From Thraustochytrium aureum (taxonomy: Eukaryota): a stretch of 33,622 bases of DNA. A program made the position numbers and the translations under genes. The notes under the pieces are model-generated. The model made no database searches. It was not told where the DNA came from and was given only the letters and a program-made list of their open reading frames with translations. Below are positions 1-10,894 of the stretch, in pieces. The DNA lies in contig BLSG01000314.1 of NCBI GenBank assembly GCA_012862495.1, forward strand, positions 86,501 to 120,122. Reading direction: 5' to 3'. Numbering within the stretch: the stretch's first letter is position 1; every line of letters starts with the position of its first letter.

Positions 1-392
1 AGCCCCGGCCCATNNNNNNNNNNNNNNNNNNNNNNNNNNNNNNNNNNNNNNNNNNNNNNNNNNNNNNNNNNNNNNNNNNNNNNNNNNNNNNNNNNNNNNN
101 NNNNNNNNNNNNNNNNNNNNNNNNNNNNNNNNNNNNNNNNNNNNNNNNNNNNNNNNNNNNNNNNNNNNNNNNNNNNNNNNNNNNNNNNNNNNNNNNNNNN
201 NNNNNNNNNNNNNNNNNNNNNNNNNNNNNNNNNNNNNNNNNNNNNNNNNNNNNNNNNNNNNNNNNNNNNNNNNNNNNNNNNNNCCTCCCCACTCAACCAG
301 CGAACGAGCGAAACGAACCCAAAGAACACACACAACCGCAAGGAGTACCGGTACCCACCGAACAAAACGAATACCTACGCGAACACGAAGAA

Positions 393-464
393 CAACGCCC
401 AAGAGAACACAAAGAGCAACGCCCAAGAGAACACAACGAGCAACGCCCAAGAGAACACAACGAG
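393..464. repeat. Minisatellite, 3 x 24 bp
   Basis: Unit CAACGCCCAAGAGAACACAA(A/C)GAG at 393-416, 417-440 and 441-464. Confidence 0.95.
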
Positions 465-841
465 CCTCGCGAGCGCGCATGCCCCTCAACCTAACCTTTC
501 GGCTCCCGTGACCTAACCGGTTCAGCAGAACGAAACGATCCCAGCGAAGGACCGTTGGGTTCTCCGGTAGCCTAACCCGTCCGGGCCTGACCTAACCCAT
601 CGAGCGACGAACAAAGCGAGCCCCACGAGCCAGCGGGCGGTTGGAAATTCGGAATGGAACAGAGCTGAAACGAAAGGGCGGAGGAGGCGCAGGAGGAGGG
701 TCAGGGGCGCGCGAGAGGGACTGCTGCGGGGCGAGGGAGAGCGCAGGGGACGCCGAGGCAGTGCGCGAGGGCCCGGAGAGGCTCGGCGCAGGGCGCGCGT
801 GCTGTCTTTCTTGGCGGCGCCGCTTTTGGCCGGCCGAAAAA

Positions 842-1159
842 ATGGACAAGCAGACGGCGCAGCAGCTCAAGATCAAGGTCGGCGTGCTGAAGCGCGCTGT
901 GAAGGAGCTCGCGATGTACAAGGACGAGGTGAGCAAGCTGTCGGCGGAGGTTGAGGCCATGGGCCCTGACCACGACAGGTTCAGGCAGATCTCGCAGGCC
1001 CTCGACGAGTCCAAGGCGATGCTTCTGGATGCACGGAACAGGGTCTCGGACGCCAAGGAAGGCGTCGAGTCGTTCATCGAGGCCGAAAGCGTCGACGAGG
1101 AGAGCGACCTGTTCAAGGAGGCGTCTGCGCTGCTGGAGCAGGCAGGGGCCTCGGCCTAG
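842..1159 (+). CDS. TBCA: Tubulin-specific chaperone A (tubulin binding cofactor A)
   Basis: 105-aa helical protein from ATG 842: QLKIKVGVLKRAVKELAMYKDE...QALDESKAMLLDARNRV matches the TBCA pattern LKIKTGVVKRL.KE..Y..E...L.ES..M.PD...RL; TAG at 1157-1159. Confidence 0.92.
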   Translation: MDKQTAQQLKIKVGVLKRAVKELAMYKDEVSKLSAEVEAMGPDHDRFRQISQALDESKAMLLDARNRVSDAKEGVESFIEAESVDEESDLFKEASALLEQAGASA

Positions 1160-1404
1160 CGCGCCAGAGTTCGCATTCTCTAAATAGATGCATATCGAAA
1201 ATGGCAAGGATGTTGTTGTTGATTCATGGCATGCCTTTCCCGCTCGTCAGCACTCGGGCGGTTCAGCCTTGGCCCTGTTTGATCACGCTCGTCGCCTTTG
1301 GGCCGTGGAGAAGTGCGCCGTTGCCAGCAGGTGCCAGCAGGCCAAAACATCGATTCAAGTCCTTGATCGTGAGAACCGACGAGAGAGCAGAGCAGCCACG
1401 CCGC

Positions 1405-3656
1405 TCAAGCACTGCAAGACCAGTTTTCGATGTGGCGCGCCGTCTGGTAGTCCGACACGTTGTCCTCCCCGCTGCTTGCCTCGTCCTCGCCGCCATAGGA
1501 CGAAAACGATTCGCACCCCGGCATGTACTCCTCGTCCGTGTCGTACCCGTCAAAGTCTTGGGCCGCCGAGAGGCCCCCGCTATTGTAAGCCGATGTAGCA
1601 GACATGCTGCGGACAAGGTCTGCGCCAGGCGAGTCCATGCCGAGCTGGGCCTCGAGCCTCAGCCGATCCATCTGCAGCGACTCTGCAAGCGAGATTTGCG
1701 TCGCCTGCTCGTGAAACTTGGAGCCAGCCCGCACTCCGCTTCCGAGCTCCAAATCCCTAGGCGGACCCAGCGGCTCCCTCGAAGACGCCCGAGGCGTGGC
1801 CAACTTGGGTGGCCGAACAAAGGTCCCCATGCCGCGGGCCGACGGCGGCACAACCGAGCGCGTGGAGTGCATCTTTNNNNNNNNNNNNNNNNNNNNNNNN
1901 NNNNNNNNNNNNNNNNNNNNNNNNNNNNNNNNNNNNNNNNNNNNNNNNNNNNNNNNNNNNNNNNNNNNNNNNNNNNNNNNNNNNNNNNNNNNNNNNNNNN
2001 NNNNNNNNNNNNNNNNNNNNNNNNNNNNNNNNNNNNNNNNNNNNNNNNNNNNNNNNNNNNNNNNNNNNNNNNNNNNNNNNNNNNNNNNNNNNNNNNNNNN
2101 NNNNNNNNNNNNNNNNNNNNNNNNNNNNNNNNNNNNNNNNNNNNNNNNNNNNNNNNNNNNNNNNNNNNNNNNNNNNNNNNNNNNNNNNNNNNNNNNNNNN
2201 NNNNNNNNNNNNNNNNNNNTTCAAACATTCTGCGCGAGAAAGCGCCGAGGCGGCGCGCGAAGGGTCGCTCGAACCAGACGGTCCAAGCAGCCGACAAAGC
2301 GAAAAGGGCGCAAAAATAGGGCAGAAAGTAGACTGCAATCAGCTTGGCCGGCACGTCGATCCAAACGCCAGTCTCGGGCACTTGATAGACGGAACGAATG
2401 CCCGTGTTGCGGAACTGCCACTGCTCAAACATGAAGAAGACCGTGTATTGAAAGCAGTAGATCGCGAACGAGAAGCCGCCAAACTCGGTCATGATTGGGT
2501 GCTCGAGCATGCTGGTCAGCGAGTACTTGACCCCCGGGTCGCCCGAGGTGACCGAGTAGCCGAGCAAGACGAGTCCCATCACCGGGCTGAGTCCCGAGAT
2601 GAGCAACGCCTCGGCGTCTTCGCGCACGAGCGGCTGCTCGACGTTCTCCGGAATCGCGCCGAGGTCCTGGTGAACCAGCACGCCGATGCTGACAAAAACG
2701 GCGAACGCCAAAAAGAGGACGTCTGGCAGCACCTTGCATATCAGGTGTCTGTTCACCTTGGGGTCGTCTACCATCTCCGCGAACAGCATTCCCATGATAA
2801 ACTCGGGCAGTCGGATCGGCGGGAACTTGTAGAGAAACTCGAACTGCTGGTTGCTAACCTTGCCGTGTTGCATGATCAGGTAGTAGAGCGTCGGGGCCAT
2901 CGAGACGACGTAGATCATTGCAACAACCAGGGCTTTGAGGCGCAGCGAGCCCTGCGAAATCGCGTTAAACATGCGCAGCACGTGGTTGAGCAGTGGGTAG
3001 AGCAGCCAAGCGAACAACAGCGTCGAGATTGTCCAGCCCGCCGGGTTTGGCTGGCTGGGTATGTCTCGCGACCACTCGATGTTCTCGGGGAACTCAAACC
3101 ACGACTGCGCCAGCAGGCAGGTTGCCGCGGCTTGTACCGGGTACTTGCTGGCAAGAGCGTCGTGCCTGGTAAACAGCGGGTCGATGAGCCCGAGCACGCA
3201 CGAGGCCCAGTACGTGTAGATCACGCGGCCTAAGCGGCGCAGGTAAAAGGAGCACAGCTGGCTCGCTTTACTGTACACTTTGTCTTTGTACGCGTAGTGC
3301 GTGATGAACCCAGACAGCACGATGTACATGGCGACCGGAATGTAGCCGCGGTTTAGCACCAGCAAGAACGTCTCGTCTCGGTTGTACCGGAACCCCGTGT
3401 CCTGAAAGTGCCCCAAGACGATCCAAATCGTTGCGAGTGTGCGGAGTCCGGACACCGTCTTGAGCGTTTTCCGCCGCGGTTTCTTCTCGCCCATCCGCTG
3501 CGTTCGCGCTTTCGACCGCTGTGTTCCCGTGGCTTTCCCCGACTGCAGCCCACGTCCGCCGGCAAGAAGCATGCGCCCTTTGGCGGTTGTTCCTCCTCTC
3601 GTCTCGACCAGCGTGGGCTGGGGGTCGCCGGCAGCGCTGCGGCCAGGGCTCGACAT
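1405..3656 (-). CDS. Acyltransferase-3 (OafA/YrhL-like) multi-pass membrane O-acyltransferase with probable acidic C-terminal tail; interrupted by gap 1877-2219
   Basis: SGLRTLATIWIVLGHF, YIVLSGFI, FYLRRLGRV, NPAGWTIS, RLPEFIMGM, GGFSFAIYCFQ, WFERP are the family motifs. Start is ATG 3656 or 3494. Linking the 1405-1876 ORF as the C-terminal tail across the gap is inferred. Confidence 0.85.
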
Positions 3657-4912
3657 CGCGGTGCAGCTTGTTGCGGATTTGCCGCAGACGCGTCCTTGGA
3701 GAATTGGGGCGTTTCGTTGCCTCCACCACCGCCAAAAGGCAAAGGGCCCGCCGCGTCTGTCCCTGGTGCCGCCCGGCGCTCCAACTCGTAGCGCGGCAGG
3801 TGCCTTGCTCGCCTTGCTCGCCTTGGTTGCTTGGGTGCGTTGCAGGTTTGGTGTGACGTTCGAATCGGGCTTTGCACAATGCCAGCCAGCTTGTCGCGGA
3901 ACTGCACGCGCCACGCTATAGCCACCACCAGCCACGCGTTTTGCATTTGCTATTTGCCAGGGCTTGGCTCGTTGCGTTGGCTCTTCTCCGGGCCGTGCAC
4001 CTCTCTCATGGTTCACTTGGGCCAACGCGGCGGTGGAAGAGACAGGGCGAGTCGACTCGTCCGCCGCGTTCCGCCTGATTGATACGATCGGCACACTCTC
4101 AACCTTGTCCGAGTTAGCCGCTCGGTGTTAAATGACCTATCCACGTTCGTTTCGCCTGCGTTTCGTTCCGTGTCGCGAGATGGCGGGTTTTTCGCGGACG
4201 CGGCACTGAGCGTTTCGATCGGCAGCCAACGCGACACAACCCGCAAGGCATCCACCTTCGAGCGCCTCGCTCTGCCTATCGCTCTCTCTATCTACTAGAG
4301 CTAGAGCGAGCCAGAGAGAGGGCCTCCTTTGGCCGATCCCACGACATGGAAGCCTTGCAAATCCACACAATTTCCGGCCCACCCCGACGACCTCGGCCTG
4401 GTCGTTTCGCAAAAGCTGCAGCTCTACCCGCCCGCTGCGCACAAGGCCGCCACATGCAGCGAGGTCCATTGGGGCCGCGGAAAATACCGCTAGAAGCGAT
4501 GCGCCACTCGGGCCGCCGAGTCCCACACGATTGCTGCGGAGCGTCTCGCGCGAACGGACCTACCGGTAACCTGCACCCCATTCCGCTCGCCTTCTCGCGC
4601 GCTCGTTCTCAACTTCTGAAGTGCGGCGGCTGTCCTTCTTGGGTGGGACGGTTTCCGAGCAAGTGAGCCACCTCTTGTTTTTGTTCGCCCGCTGCTGCCG
4701 ATGCTGAGCTTCGACAAGGCGGCGCCGGGTCGCGGGCCAAAGTCTGGATCGCATTCCTGAATCCCGCGCTGCGGCCAGTCGGCCTACCCGCGCGAGTACA
4801 AGTGGGGAGAGGGCGCAACCTGAGCAATCCTACTCGAAAACATAGACGCTGTCGCCTTCGGTAGTCGTGGAGACAAACAAAGGGCTTTGGATTTAGGGAA
4901 TCAGCACTGGTC

Positions 4913-7900
4913 TCAGGCGCTGTTCAGCTTGCTGTCGGCCACCTTGGCCTCTTCGAGCCGCTGCGCGACCTTGGACTTGCCGGCGTCGGCCTCGAGCTGC
5001 GCAATCCGCTCCTGGAGCTGCGCCACATGCGCCTTGTAGGCCTCCTCGTACTTTGACTCGCGCAACAGGTCGAGCTGCTTGTTGAGCTCAGCGTTCTCCC
5101 TCTTGACGATCTCGAGCTGGGCCTTCGGATCGCTGGCAAGCGCCTCGGCCGAAAGCTCGATGCCGAGGCTCTGGCAAAGCTTGGCGTCCGTGGTTGAGAG
5201 AGGAGGCAGGTTGCAAATCACCCAGGGCTTGATGAAGATCTCAAACTTGAACTCGACCTCGTCGAGGTACTTGAGAAACTCCTCGTCCACCGCGTCAACG
5301 TGCAGGACCTCATCGTAATCGAAATCGACTTCGCGGGCGGGGTGATCGAGCGTGACCACGTCGGTCACGTAGCGTTGACCGTTGAACTCGTAGGCCACGT
5401 ACGCCTCGGCGATCTGCGTCGGCAAGCTCTCGAGCTTGCCAATCATGAGTTTGTAGGTCCAGCTCTTGCCGATGAGGTCGGTGGGGTCGATCACCTCCTC
5501 GGGCTCTGCGTCGCTGCCCGGGGCCGCAATCGGCTTCCAGAAAACGTCGAGCGTCCCGATCTTGTTGTACGGGATGACCGACTTCATCACGTCGATCTTG
5601 CGGTCGTCCTCGTCGTCGGTGGGCATCAGCAGCGTGCAGTGAAGCAAAAAGTTGGTGCAGCTTCCAATCGCGTACGAGGTGTCGAAGAGAAGCTTGACAA
5701 TCTCCTGGTCCTCTGGCACAGTGTAGTCGCCCTCGGCCGTCTTCAACGCGAGAATCTGGTCCGCGAGGATGTTGAGGTTGGACTGCACCTCAAAGGGGTC
5801 CAGGTAGACCATAGTGTTCGTCTCCGTGTTGGTGATCTGGATTTTCACAAAGGGGTGGTCGCTCTTGGGCTGCTGAAGGCTGAGCTTAAAGTTGAGCATG
5901 CCGCGCCCCACCTTGTTGCACATGTCGTTCATGCGCGAGAGCACCGGGACCATCTCCATCATCGTTTCGTCAATCGCCTTCCAGGCCTCCATCGCGAGTC
6001 GCTTGTTCTCGATGGTGGCCGCCGAGTGGCCCTCCGACTTCATGCGCTCGAGCTCCTCGAGCAGACGGCGCTTGTCCTCCTCGAGCTTTTTGGCTTGCTC
6101 AATGTAGGCGCTGTCCTTGGCTTGGACGGCCTTGTGGTACTCTTGGATCACGTCGCGGGCGTCGGGCTCGTCCTCGGGGTTGTCGTTGACGGAGAAGGCC
6201 ATCTTGAAGAGCATGATATCTTGCCCAATCACGACGCGATCGTACTTGTTGAGCTGCACGCGCTCTCCGTCGTTGATCATCTTGCCGTTGTGGAAGGTTT
6301 CGCCCTTGCCGCCAACCAGAAAGACGTCGCCGCCTGTCTTCTCCACCGTACAGTGGTCCTCCACCATGCCCATGTTGAGCGGCATGATGTCTCCCTGCGT
6401 CCGGCCAAACTTGGTGACGTCCTGCGAGAGCACGAAGAGGAAGCGGCGATCGCGAAAGCTGTCTTCGTCCAGGTTGACAAAGTACGGGTGCGCCGGTTCG
6501 GTCTCGAACACGCTGAGCGAAATGCCGCGGCTCGCGTACTGCTTTTTCTGCTTTTCCAGCTCGGCCTGGCGCTGCTGGTCCGCTTCGCCCTTCATTTCAG
6601 AGACGAGCTGGGCCTGCTTCTCGGCCATGAGGCGGTTGAGCTCCTCCATGTTGGCGCCGCCCCCGCCGCCGCCACTCTTCTTGATCTCCTCGAGCATTGC
6701 TCTCATCTTTTCGAGCTCCTCCATGAGCTGCATCTCGCGCTTGGATTGCGCCGAGGTCGCTTTTTTGGGCTGCAGCTTGATCACGCTTGCGTTCTTGGCA
6801 AAGCCGAGGGTGGCGAACGTGTACTTGTGGAACTCCACTTCGGGACGGATCGCGCAGAACAGGTACGTTCGCGCCTGGAGCATCGTGTCCTTGAGGAACT
6901 TGCTGCGCGGGACGGAGGGCGGGTCGCATCGCAGCCTCTCGTTAGCAGAGCGTCTCTTGCGCGGCTGCGACTGCGGCCGTGCCGCGCACGCGCGAAGGGG
7001 TATGACAGACTTACCACAAAAAGTAGTTGTTGCAGCCCGGGATGGACTGGCCGGGCTTGAGCTTTTTCTCCTTCACCGCCTCGGCCATCTTGAGGAAAAA
7101 GTTGGCCATCTCTGAGAGCGACAGGTTGATCTTTTTACCCTGGTCCTGCAGCTGCTTGGTCTTCGACTGGTCCTCGTGCGGACCAAGGTACTCGTGCTCG
7201 ACATCGCCGTTTTCAAACACCTTCTTCTTGTAGTTGGCATATACAATGTCCCCGGCAGGCTCGGTACCCGCCAAATCGCAAACGTAGAGGCGGCCAACCT
7301 GCTTGACTCCCTTGAGGGTCGGGTGTGGCATCTCCACTTGCAAGGTCATGATGCAGTGCCCTCGCGTCGACTGGTGGTTAAACTGGGTCGGCGCGATGGC
7401 CTTGCGCGCATTGGCGGCCATAAACGCCTTGCGCAGGTCATCCCACGACTCGAGCTGCGCCGACTCGCACCAGTCAATGTCCATGAACCCGTCCTTGTCC
7501 TTCTTCATCCCGGACTTGTAGTTCATTTCTTTGCCCATGGGCGACATCAGGTCTCGCACGGTGTCGACGACGTTCTGAAAGTACTTCATCGTGATCTTCC
7601 AGCCGTCCTGCTTTTGCTCGAACAGCCGGTACGCAAGCTGCGGGAAGATGCCCCACATCGGGTGCTCCGTCTCGTGCTTGTACCAGGCCTCTGGCGCGTC
7701 GGCCTGCGAGCGGATGTCAGCCAGCTGTCTACGCGCCAACGCCTTGGCTGCAGCTGCGGTTGCGCTCTGTCGCGCGCCGCTGCGTCTCACTTACCGCATC
7801 GGGCCCGAAAACCGTAAAGGTCTTGCCTGACCCGGACAGCCCGTAGGCAAACATGACCACTGCGTTACCCTGCAAGAGGTCGTCCATAATTTTGGCACCG

Positions 7901-8430
7901 CACGAGTCGTACGCCATCTTCTGGTTGACCAGGGTCATCTCCTCGGCGATGGCCTGGTCTTCGGCGCTCGCGTCGCCCTTGCCGTCTGGGCCGGCGATGT
8001 GGCGCTGCCATCCGTACGCGCTCCACCACGACCACACGAACGGGAACCNNNNNNNNNNNNNNNNNNNNNNNNNNNNNNNNNNNNNNNNNNNNNNNNNNNN
8101 NNNNNNNNNNNNNNNNNNNNNNNNNNNNNNNNNNNNNNNNNNNNNNNNNNNNNNNNNNNNNNNNNNNNNNNNNNNNNNNNNNNNNNNNNNNNNNNNNNNN
8201 NNNNNNNNNNNNNNNNNNNNNNNNNNNNNNNNNNNNNNNNNNNNNNNNNNNNNNNNNNNNNNNNNNNNNNNNNACCACACGAACGGGAACCGCGTCGTGC
8301 TGTACTTTGAGTTGAGCACCTCCACCTCCCCGGTCTCGTCGTCGATCTGGGCCATGCGCACACCGAGCTGCCCGGCGCGCACGAACGGCCTGCACCGGAC
8401 ACATACTTTGATGGCCACGCCGTCGCTCAT
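4913..8430 (-). CDS. Divergent kinesin motor protein with FHA-like domain and C-terminal coiled coil (kinesin-3-like architecture); exons 8430-7795, 7703-7015, 6902-4913
   Basis: IKVCVRCRP, P-loop FAYGLSGSGKT, switch I NHQSTRGH, switch II DLAGTE, KINLSL. PYFVNLDED followed by an FHA-like segment (TKFGR...HC...NGK...L...DRVVIGQ). Two GT-AG introns restore a continuous frame. Confidence 0.9.
6903..7014 (-). other. Spliceosomal intron 2 of the kinesin (112 nt)
   Basis: Donor GTAAGT at 7014, branch GCTAAC (6946-6941), acceptor CGCAG ending 6903; splicing gives YFL-C-KFLKDTM in frame. Confidence 0.9.
7704..7794 (-). other. Spliceosomal intron 1 of the kinesin (91 nt)
   Basis: Donor GTAAGT at 7794, branch GCTGAC (7721-7716), acceptor CGCAG ending 7704; splicing gives GPDA|ADAPEAWY in frame. 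Confidence 0.88.
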
Positions 8431-9137
8431 CTTGCCGCCTCAAACCTGTTTCGCGCCTCGTCTCGATTCCAGTCTTCCGAGCCTTTCGTGCTCCGTCCGG
8501 CGCTGCTGCTGCCCGTGCTCGCCTCGTTCGCAACCCCCGCTGGCGGCTGCGCGAGCGGCGATCAGGGGACTGCGGCGGCTCGGAAGACCTGCTGCAGCCG
8601 CCTTTTCTCCAACCAATTGCTCGCTCAGCAGACCAACCAGCGTTGACGGAGCACGACAGACAGAGGAGGCAAGCCGCGACTCGTTCGTGCCTGAGAGAGC
8701 GAGCACGACGATGCCGCGAGCTGCAGAGTGCGCCAGGCTCTCGGTGAGAGGCCGACCAGTAGACGAAAAAACAACGACACCAGCAAGCTGTAACCGACGT
8801 CGCGGAGTTAGCTCAGGGGCCACTCGCCCAGCGCCGACCGAGCCGCGAGCTGTTCTGGTCTGACTGCTCCTGGAGACAGCGCATGCGCGCCCAGCATCGC
8901 CGTCGTCCTGCTTCTCTGCCTTCGCGGCCGCGCCAGAGAGCGCGAGAGCGACACAAGGACCGAGTTGAGCAAACCAACCCTCGGGCGAGTGAGTCGAGTA
9001 CTCCGTGCGCGCATCTGAGGGGCGGAGGCTGGCGGGCGCCGTGCCAGCCAGCGAGGGTCAACGGTAACGCCGCCAACAATACCGTTGCGCCGGTATAGCT
9101 CGTTGCTCTCGAGTGCTGCGTTGTTCGCCTCGCAGAT

Positions 9138-9416
9138 CTTCGTTCGTTCATTCGTTCTTTCATCGATTGTTCATCGATTGTTCATGTACCTATTGTTCAT
9201 TCATTTGTTCATGTATTGTTCATTCATTTGTTCATGTATTGTTCATGTATTGTTCATTCATTTGTTCATTCATTTGTTCATTCGTTCGTTCATTCATTCG
9301 TTCGTTCGTTCATTCGTTCGTTCATTCGTTCGTTCATTCGTTCATTCGTTCATTCGTTCGTTTGTTCGTTCGTTTGTTCATTCGTTTGTTCGTTCGTTTG
9401 TTCGTTCGTTCGTTCG
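9138..9416. repeat. Compound tetranucleotide microsatellite (TTCA/TTCG/TTTG)n
   Basis: About 280 bp of TTCA, TTCG and TTTG units with GTTCATGTATT sub-repeats. Confidence 0.95.
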
Positions 9417-9719
9417 ACTTGACGTGCAGCGGAATGCGTCTGGAGTTTGGCGCCCGCGCGCGCAAGTCGCGGCATCCCGGGGAGGCCTTGGGGCCGAGGA
9501 GCGAGGCGCGTACGCCCCGGGCAAAGGGATAGATGACGGTGTCCTGGCCGCGCGCTCTTGCGCGAGCGGCTTTCGCTGCACAAGGCGCCGGACCGGTCGG
9601 CGTGGGTGAACTGGAGTCGGCGGCCAAGTGTCGGCGCGCTGCCTGCCAACGCCGCGGGACGCGCTGGCGCGCGCAGGGCGAGGACGGGGGCGGTGAGCAG
9701 CGATGCCGCAATTGCCTCG

Positions 9720-10741
9720 ATGTGCGTGATCGGGCAGAGCGCCTTCAAGCGGCTGCCCCGGGTTGTTCACGCCGTGCCGGGCAAGCACTGGTCGCATGCG
9801 AAGATTAGTATGGAGGTGCACCCTGGCCCGATCGAGGCGCGGCTGGACACGATTCTCCTCGTTCTTGGCGCTGCCGGTGTGGCCGCGAGCGCGGTGTTTT
9901 GGGTGCTGAACCGCGACGTGGTCGCGGCTACGGGCAGGAGCCGCACAATGGCCATCCCAGTCGCAGTCGAAAAGTACGTGGGCGAGATGATGTTCGAGTC
10001 GATTTTGGACGAGTCAGATCTGGTGCCGCTCAGCGACCCGCGCAGCATGGTGCTGATGCGGGTCTACCAGCGCATCTTGCTGGCCAATCCAGAGTGGACG
10101 CACGACACATGGGACTGGGAGCTGGTCTTGCTCGAGTCGGACACGGTCAACGCCTTCGCAATGCTGGGGGGAAAATGTGCTTCCTCTCAGGGCTCCTCAC
10201 ACACATTGGCGAGATGCATGCCACTGGGCACGTGGACAGCATCCAAGACACGGTTGCGGCTGTCGTGGCTCACGAAATGGGCCACTCTGTCGCGCGGCAC
10301 ACTGCGGAGGGGATGTCTTGGCTTCCAATCCAGATCCCGTTCTTCTTGCTCTCGCACAAATCGCCGCTGATGCAATCTGTATTCGAGTACTATATATCTC
10401 TGCCTTTCTCGCGGGGCAACGAGTACGAGGCGGACAAGCTGGGCCTTTCGATGATGGCTCGCGCGGGCTTCTCCCCGGACGCCGCGCGAGCCTTTCACAT
10501 GGAGCTCAACCACGACACGCGGATTGCCGAGCTGGCCAGCACGCACCCTGTCGGGAAGAATCGGGCCAAGCAAATCGAGGAGCTGTTGCCAGAGGCGCGG
10601 CTCAAATACGCCAAGGCCTCGCGCCAAGCGCACGATTACCCGGCAGCGTATGCCGAGTACCTGGCGCGTGGCTTTCAGAACGACATCGCGGCGCTCGCGG
10701 AAGCTTGTCGGCTCGAGGTCCCGGCGCGAAGTGCCAGCTAG
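9720..10741 (+). CDS. Peptidase M48 family zinc metallopeptidase (OMA1-like), with a -1 frame break at about 10164-10175
   Basis: First frame: TM segment, TGRSR, VNAFAMLGGK. Second frame: MCFLSGLL...AAVVAHEMGH (HExxH)...FSRGNEYEADKLG...ARAGF.P...STHP...R. Start codon uncertain. Confidence 0.88.
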
Positions 10742-10894
10742 CTGCGCGACGGGCGGTCGCGCGCGCCGGCTGAGCCGCGGCGCCCTGCGCGGCCCACGCG
10801 CGCAAGGAATAAAGATCTATCCATAGATGCATCTATCTAAGATGGCTGTGCTGTGATGCTGACTGATTGACTGTGTGCGGCTCTCGCTCCTCGG

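Noticed and set aside
1..13. CAT at 11-13 as a possible start of a minus-strand gene leaving the window
   Set aside because: Only 13 nt are visible before the gap; unsupported
393..464. 24-bp repeats as a CRISPR-like array
   Set aside because: Contiguous tandem units without spacers, eukaryotic context, no cas genes
3657..4094. N-terminal extension of the 811-aa ORF
   Set aside because: Non-ATG start, low-complexity translation, no motifs; likely 5' flank
4266..4322. Imperfect CT/AG hairpin
   Set aside because: Low-complexity CT and AG runs pair trivially
5300..7115. Long plus-strand ORFs (586 aa and 332 aa)
   Set aside because: Antisense shadows of the kinesin, expected from GC-rich codon usage
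9085..9609. ORFs with FVRS/FIHS repeats
   Set aside because: Translation of the tetranucleotide microsatellite
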